Shown: positions 24,872-29,378 of the stretch, piece by piece
How the letters are laid out: each line of letters starts with the position of its first letter
Position numbering within the stretch: position 1 is the first letter of the stretch
IMG/VR virus record: IMGVR_UViG_3300026260_000659
Span: 1 to 29,378 of that record
Origin: a virus
Taxonomy: Duplodnaviria; Caudoviricetes
Reading direction: 5' to 3' (one strand)
Length of the DNA stretch: 29,378 bases
Notes under the pieces: model-generated
Seen by the model: the letters and a program-made list of their open reading frames with translations, nothing else
What the model was told of the DNA's origin: nothing
Database searches by the model: none
Translations under genes and position numbers: made by a program

Positions 24872-27670
24872 TTAGAAATTAACACTTAACCCTAAGTTAA
24901 AGTATCTTGGTGTACCAAGAAATACTTCAGCATTATGAGCTGCGTGTACTTTATCTCCATAACTGTTGTATTGACTATGATCAACAGCGTCTTGTACATA
25001 TACTTCATCCAATGCGTTAAACACATGAGCGAATAAAGATATATCATATCCACTAACTGGTAGTTTATATGAAGCATGTAAGTCCACCTTAGAATATCCA
25101 GGTGCTTGCCATACTTGTTCTCTGTCAGCGTCTTCATCTGAACCATCATACTCTCGAGCATCAGGACTCCAATCACTATAGTTCTTTTCATAAGAATTCC
25201 ATAGTGCTGAAATTGCTAATCCCTTTACAGGTGTAATGGTAGCACCAAGTGCATATGATGTCTGTGGTTGATCACCAACAAACAATCCGTTAAGAGCGTA
25301 TTGATAATCTGTAGCGGTTAAACCCGTTACATTACCGTTTTCATCATATTCATTTGATTGATATTTACCACTTGCATCACCATCAAACTTCCAAGTACCA
25401 AGACTTACGGCAGCCGTTAAACTAACCATCTTGTGTAATTGTGTAGAAGCTTCTACTTCTAAACCTTGATGTTTTTGATTAATACCTGTTAAGAAGATAA
25501 CATCAGTATCACCTGAATCACCTTGACCTGTGGTTACAGCTTTAGTAAGGTTTCTGTCTTTCCAATCTGTATTATAAACACCCGCTTTAACTGCGAATTT
25601 ATCAGATTTGAAATTGACTCCAGCCTCTGTACTAATGAAACTTTCATTCGTTGGATCAGAAGCAACCGTACCATCATAGTAAATTACATTATCCATGATT
25701 GGTGGTTTTTCAACATAGCCAAAGTTACCAAAAAGACTAACATTGTCATCTATGTCGTACATTGCTCCACCTTTGAATTGCATCGTATAGATAGCATCAG
25801 CATCTACAACTTCATTTGCAACTGTAAAATGGTCTTGGTAAGAATACTTAATACTTGATAATCCACCCATACCATATAGATTTAAATTATCTTTTGTATA
25901 ATTACCTTGTACAAATCCACCTAACCAGTCAACTGTAGTTGAGTTATGATAAGCGATTATATCACCTAATTCAACTCGTTTACCATCAGGAGAGTTATCA
26001 TCAGCATAATCCATATAGTAATCACCACCAAGTAAATCGCGAACTTCACGAGCATGTTCGATACCCGCAGTTCTCCAATCTATACCTACTTGTATTTTTA
26101 ACTCATCACTAATATCGTAATTAAGTTTAGAAATTACACCGTATGTATCTTGACGATTAATACTATTTCTTAGAATACCAACTGATTGATTATTACCTTC
26201 ACCATGTGTTCTTGGAAGTGCTCTTTTATCAACATATACTGTATCAGAATCACCTGAGTTATATGCGATAAGAGTATTCCAATCACGAGTCCAGGGAGAG
26301 CGACCATAATAGAATTTATAGTTTTCTCCACCTAAAGTACCATCGGCATCTAAAGTAGGAATCCTACCATAAGTACCTGTACCACCACCTGAACCACCAC
26401 TCCAATAAAAGACAGAACTTAAGCTTGTCTTATCATCGATAGCCCAAAAATGGTTTAAGTTAACCAATGGTTTATGAAAGTAATTTTCTCTCTCATTTAA
26501 GAAGTTGGGGTCATGTCTGTCTGCCAATCCACTATCAAATAGTCCACCAACACCATACATATACCAGTATTGTTTACCTGTATATGAAGCATCTACTGGA
26601 GACCAGTTTTGATTGAAGAATCGTCCAACATCCTTGAACTTACCATCTTCTCCAAGTGCGGTTTCATCATATCCATCTACACTTGCAGCAAAATCAGCGT
26701 CATAAGCACCAATATTCTGTTTGTATAGATTCTGTCCATGTCGCTGTGGAGCACCGATTGCGTATAATTCCAATCGATGATCTTCATTCACTTGATAACT
26801 TGAACCTAAATAATAAGCCCATGCATCTGTCCATGTTTTGTCGATAAGACCATCACCTGTTTTTCGTACAATAGCACCACTCAAGGCGAATTTATCACCA
26901 ATAAGTCCACTATTATAATTCAGAGTAGTTTTTAGAAAACCACCTGCACCACTTTCCTGTTTAAACTTCCCACCTTTTTCATAAGAAGCAGGGTCTGTGA
27001 TTATGTTCATAGTTCCACCAATGGAAGGGGCAGCTAAATTAACAGCAGATAGTCCTCTTTGCATCTGAATTGATTGGGCTGCATCTGCAACACCATCCCA
27101 ATTAGACCAATAGACCCATCCGTTCTCCATATCATTCTGGGGAACTCCGTTAATCATTACTGCTATATTCCTCTGATTAAACCCACGAACATTAATACGA
27201 GCATCACCCGCACCACCACCTTGTTGTGTTGCATATACACTTGGTGTAGCATTCAAAGACATTGGAATATCTTGTGAACCAAGACGAAACTCAAGTTCTT
27301 CTTTACTAACTGTAGTGTATGCAACAGGTGTTTTTTCGTCAGCCCTTGAAGCCAAAACTTCGATGTCTGACAATGTAACTGCATCAATTGCTAAAGCAAA
27401 ATCAACATTTACATCTTCTCCACCCACATCTACCTTTTGAGATAGAGATGAATATCCGATGAATGTAGCGGTAATAGTATAAGTTCCAGAATCAACTTTA
27501 ATTGAGTAGAAGCCGTTTACACTAGCTACTGCTCCTAAGTCCGTTCCCTCTACTACTATATTTGCTCCATCCAAAGGATTTGTGTTAGAATCAGTTACAA
27601 GTCCAGTTATAGATTGTGCGAACAATCCAGTTGTCATCATAATTGATACTAATAGATTATATATTTTCAT
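24872..27670 (-). CDS. TonB-dependent outer-membrane receptor with N-terminal carboxypeptidase-regulatory-like domain
   Basis: Signal peptide (..GLFA/QSITG), PLDGANIVVEGT..G, plug motif RINVRGF...VMINGVP...IQMQRG.......GGTMNIIT, C-terminal beta-signal LGLSVNF; GAGGAG RBS. Confidence 0.93.
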   Translation of the reverse strand: MKIYNLLVSIMMTTGLFAQSITGLVTDSNTNPLDGANIVVEGTDLGAVASVNGFYSIKVDSGTYTITATFIGYSSLSQKVDVGGEDVNVDFALAIDAVTLSDIEVLASRADEKTPVAYTTVSKEELEFRLGSQDIPMSLNATPSVYATQQGGGAGDARINVRGFNQRNIAVMINGVPQNDMENGWVYWSNWDGVADAAQSIQMQRGLSAVNLAAPSIGGTMNIITDPASYEKGGKFKQESGAGGFLKTTLNYNSGLIGDKFALSGAIVRKTGDGLIDKTWTDAWAYYLGSSYQVNEDHRLELYAIGAPQRHGQNLYKQNIGAYDADFAASVDGYDETALGEDGKFKDVGRFFNQNWSPVDASYTGKQYWYMYGVGGLFDSGLADRHDPNFLNERENYFHKPLVNLNHFWAIDDKTSLSSVFYWSGGSGGGTGTYGRIPTLDADGTLGGENYKFYYGRSPWTRDWNTLIAYNSGDSDTVYVDKRALPRTHGEGNNQSVGILRNSINRQDTYGVISKLNYDISDELKIQVGIDWRTAGIEHAREVRDLLGGDYYMDYADDNSPDGKRVELGDIIAYHNSTTVDWLGGFVQGNYTKDNLNLYGMGGLSSIKYSYQDHFTVANEVVDADAIYTMQFKGGAMYDIDDNVSLFGNFGYVEKPPIMDNVIYYDGTVASDPTNESFISTEAGVNFKSDKFAVKAGVYNTDWKDRNLTKAVTTGQGDSGDTDVIFLTGINQKHQGLEVEASTQLHKMVSLTAAVSLGTWKFDGDASGKYQSNEYDENGNVTGLTATDYQYALNGLFVGDQPQTSYALGATITPVKGLAISALWNSYEKNYSDWSPDAREYDGSDEDADREQVWQAPGYSKVDLHASYKLPVSGYDISLFAHVFNALDEVYVQDAVDHSQYNSYGDKVHAAHNAEVFLGTPRYFNLGLSVNF

Positions 27671-27697
27671 TTATAATCTCCTCTGTTTGTGTGTTAA

Positions 27698-27731
27698 GAC
27701 GCATTTTTTCATAGGTGCGTCAACTGCCTAT
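27698..27731 (-). promoter_or_regulatory. Predicted H-type RNA pseudoknot in the 5' leader of the TonB receptor
   Basis: AUAGG-CAGUU-GACGCA-CCUAU-GAAAAAA-UGCGUC: two perfectly complementary interleaved stems of 5 and 6 bp. Confidence 0.62.
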
Positions 27732-27747
27732 TCGGGTATGTGAAATC

Positions 27748-29378
27748 TTAATTTGCATATTCTTGATCATCGTTATCTCCACTTAATGGTGGTATCTCAC
27801 ACGAATCATTATTACAAAATTTATCTATTTCTGCCTCTTCGTTTTTAATTACTCCAAACGAAAGTGGTTTTAGTTTTTTTAATTTCTTGTTATATAACTT
27901 TTCATCTATTGCTTCATATGGCATTTGTTTGTAAGCTCCATAATCATGTCTTGGTAATAGTGAAATCCCTTTTAATCTGTATTGAAAATAATTCAACACA
28001 TATGGTAGTTCTTCAGCTTCTGTTTCAGGATTGAATGTAGCTGTACAACTAACTTGGTTATCTGCCCAATGTCGTTGTAAGAATGCGGCTAAACTAAACT
28101 GTTCCCAGATTGATAATTCAGCCGCAGTTCTAATCCCCTCACCTACATCTACTGGCACTTCTACAACTAATGTTGTTTTCTCTGAACCAAATGCTGGTTC
28201 TAATTTGTAACCTGCCCTTTTCAATGGCTGTATCAGGTCAGAGTTAACTGATAACCTAACTCTTCTAATATAAAATCTACTCTCTGGATAATGTAATCCT
28301 GGTGTTGCTCCTGCCAATAATGAAACCGTTCCACTTGGTTTTACACTTGTAGTCTTAATAGACTTAGGTACTGCAAACCAATCTGAATAAACTTTATCCC
28401 ACTCTTGTATAACATCATATCCATCTTCCAACCAATTTCGTAATGCATCTAATCCATTATTAGTAATGAATTGTGCTACTCCACTAACACTACATCCAAT
28501 TCTTCTATTTCTCAACATAACTCTGTTTGTATCACTCCAATGTGTTCTACCAAGTGTTACGGTTTTGGCGTATAAATAAGCATATTTTAATGTACGAGAA
28601 TAATCCTCATATGAATCATGATTATTTGGAAATGTTTCTACTAAACAACATAACTCATAACTCTCTAACGATTGTTCTAAACATGGATTTCCACCTGCAA
28701 CTCTGTGGTCTACATCATCTCCACCATTCTTCATACGAGAAAAGTGTCTCATATTTTCTAACCATGCTAATCCAGGTTCTCCATTGTCTACTATTCTTTT
28801 ACAAATGTCTGAATAGTCCATACCTAATTCAGCAAAAACTGAATTATTTGAAGTCCACCCAAATTGCTCTCTATGTTTATTAACTTTATAATTCTTTAAA
28901 TCTAAATATTCTTCATCATGTGGATCACCGAACACAATCTCTGCTGTTCGTCTTACATTACCTGCTACTACACATTTACCTATAAGATTCATAATATCAA
29001 CAATTGTAGTAGTTGTAATTGGTTCACCACTATTCCTTTCTAATACTTTTCTAATATCTTCGTGAACTTCTTTTAGTGGTTCAGGTCCTGATGATACTCC
29101 ACCGAATCCTTTGATTGGTACACCCTCATCTCTAATTAAACTATAATCAAATTCTACTGGCTGTGAACCATGAAAATAACTCTCTAATAATAACCTTAAT
29201 GAATCCACCCAACCTTCTCTTGTGTCTGGAATCTGAAAAGTTGTTAAATCCCTATCGTTATCAATACCTTTAACAATTATTTCACCAGCACCTTTTACAT
29301 CAAAACCTACACCAACACCTAACATTGATGCGTCCATTAAGAAACAAAATGGTTTTGAATAATCTTCTTTAATTGTTT
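27748..29378 (-). CDS. nrdJ: Class II (adenosylcobalamin-dependent) ribonucleotide reductase, monomeric RTPR type (5' end outside the window)
   Basis: GNVRRTAEI, NPCLEQ, CCLVE, TSVKPSGTVSLL, C-terminal FCNNDSC. The frame stays open upstream of the ORF-track Met (TIKEDYSKPFCFL-MDASM) to the window edge. Confidence 0.92.
   Translation of the reverse strand, partial: TIKEDYSKPFCFLMDASMLGVGVGFDVKGAGEIIVKGIDNDRDLTTFQIPDTREGWVDSLRLLLESYFHGSQPVEFDYSLIRDEGVPIKGFGGVSSGPEPLKEVHEDIRKVLERNSGEPITTTTIVDIMNLIGKCVVAGNVRRTAEIVFGDPHDEEYLDLKNYKVNKHREQFGWTSNNSVFAELGMDYSDICKRIVDNGEPGLAWLENMRHFSRMKNGGDDVDHRVAGGNPCLEQSLESYELCCLVETFPNNHDSYEDYSRTLKYAYLYAKTVTLGRTHWSDTNRVMLRNRRIGCSVSGVAQFITNNGLDALRNWLEDGYDVIQEWDKVYSDWFAVPKSIKTTSVKPSGTVSLLAGATPGLHYPESRFYIRRVRLSVNSDLIQPLKRAGYKLEPAFGSEKTTLVVEVPVDVGEGIRTAAELSIWEQFSLAAFLQRHWADNQVSCTATFNPETEAEELPYVLNYFQYRLKGISLLPRHDYGAYKQMPYEAIDEKLYNKKLKKLKPLSFGVIKNEEAEIDKFCNNDSCEIPPLSGDNDDQEYAN

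Noticed and set aside
24892-25191. 99-aa minus-strand ORF in an alternative frame inside the TonB receptor gene
   Set aside because: Fully nested in the barrel-coding region with no motif or clear RBS.
27671-27747. Cobalamin riboswitch upstream of the TonB receptor
   Set aside because: The gap is only 77 nt and lacks a recognisable B12 box; the pseudoknot is reported instead.
661-28883. All plus-strand ORFs in the track (e.g. 661-873, 3014-3328, 22582-22932, 25523-25858, 28527-28883)
   Set aside because: Each lies antisense to well-supported minus-strand genes and shows no recognisable motif; treated as shadow ORFs.
22260-29378. Inteins or introns in the DNA polymerase or RNR
   Set aside because: Both visible reading frames are continuous with normal motif spacing.
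1-29378. Stop-codon reassignment as seen in some large phages
   Set aside because: Genes are full-length under the standard code, and TAA, TGA (11313) and TAG (5817) all serve as stops at gene junctions.

Overview
AT-rich, gene-dense segment with every credible gene on the minus strand. The content indicates a large dsDNA (T4-like/jumbo-type) phage rather than a cellular chromosome. In transcription order (right to left) it holds: a class II B12-dependent ribonucleotide reductase running off the right edge; a TonB-dependent receptor whose leader can fold into a compact H-type pseudoknot; and a replication module (family B DNA polymerase with a C-terminal PIP-box-like motif, sliding clamp, DNA methyltransferase, clamp loader ATPase). 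A ~7 kb enzyme cassette then separates the clamp loader ATPase from a probable second loader subunit. It encodes a radical SAM enzyme, a DUF2061-like membrane protein, a minimal adenylate-forming enzyme, a GNAT, an ATP-grasp-like/Hint-domain fusion rich in S/T-G-S and SSS motifs, three 2OG-Fe(II) oxygenases and a QueC-like ATPase. Next come ClpP, a DUF1599-like protein, a PD-(D/E)XK nuclease and a SLOG protein. The left end is a glycosylation and sugar-nucleotide cluster (three glycosyltransferases, methyltransferase, HAD phosphatase, cupin, nucleotidyltransferase-kinase fusion, variant GmhA, transketolase running off the left edge). Two recurring promoter-like motifs are visible. The best candidates for novelty are the Hint-centred modification cassette and the pseudoknot-led TonB receptor. 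All assignments come from motif recognition by eye; no searches were run.
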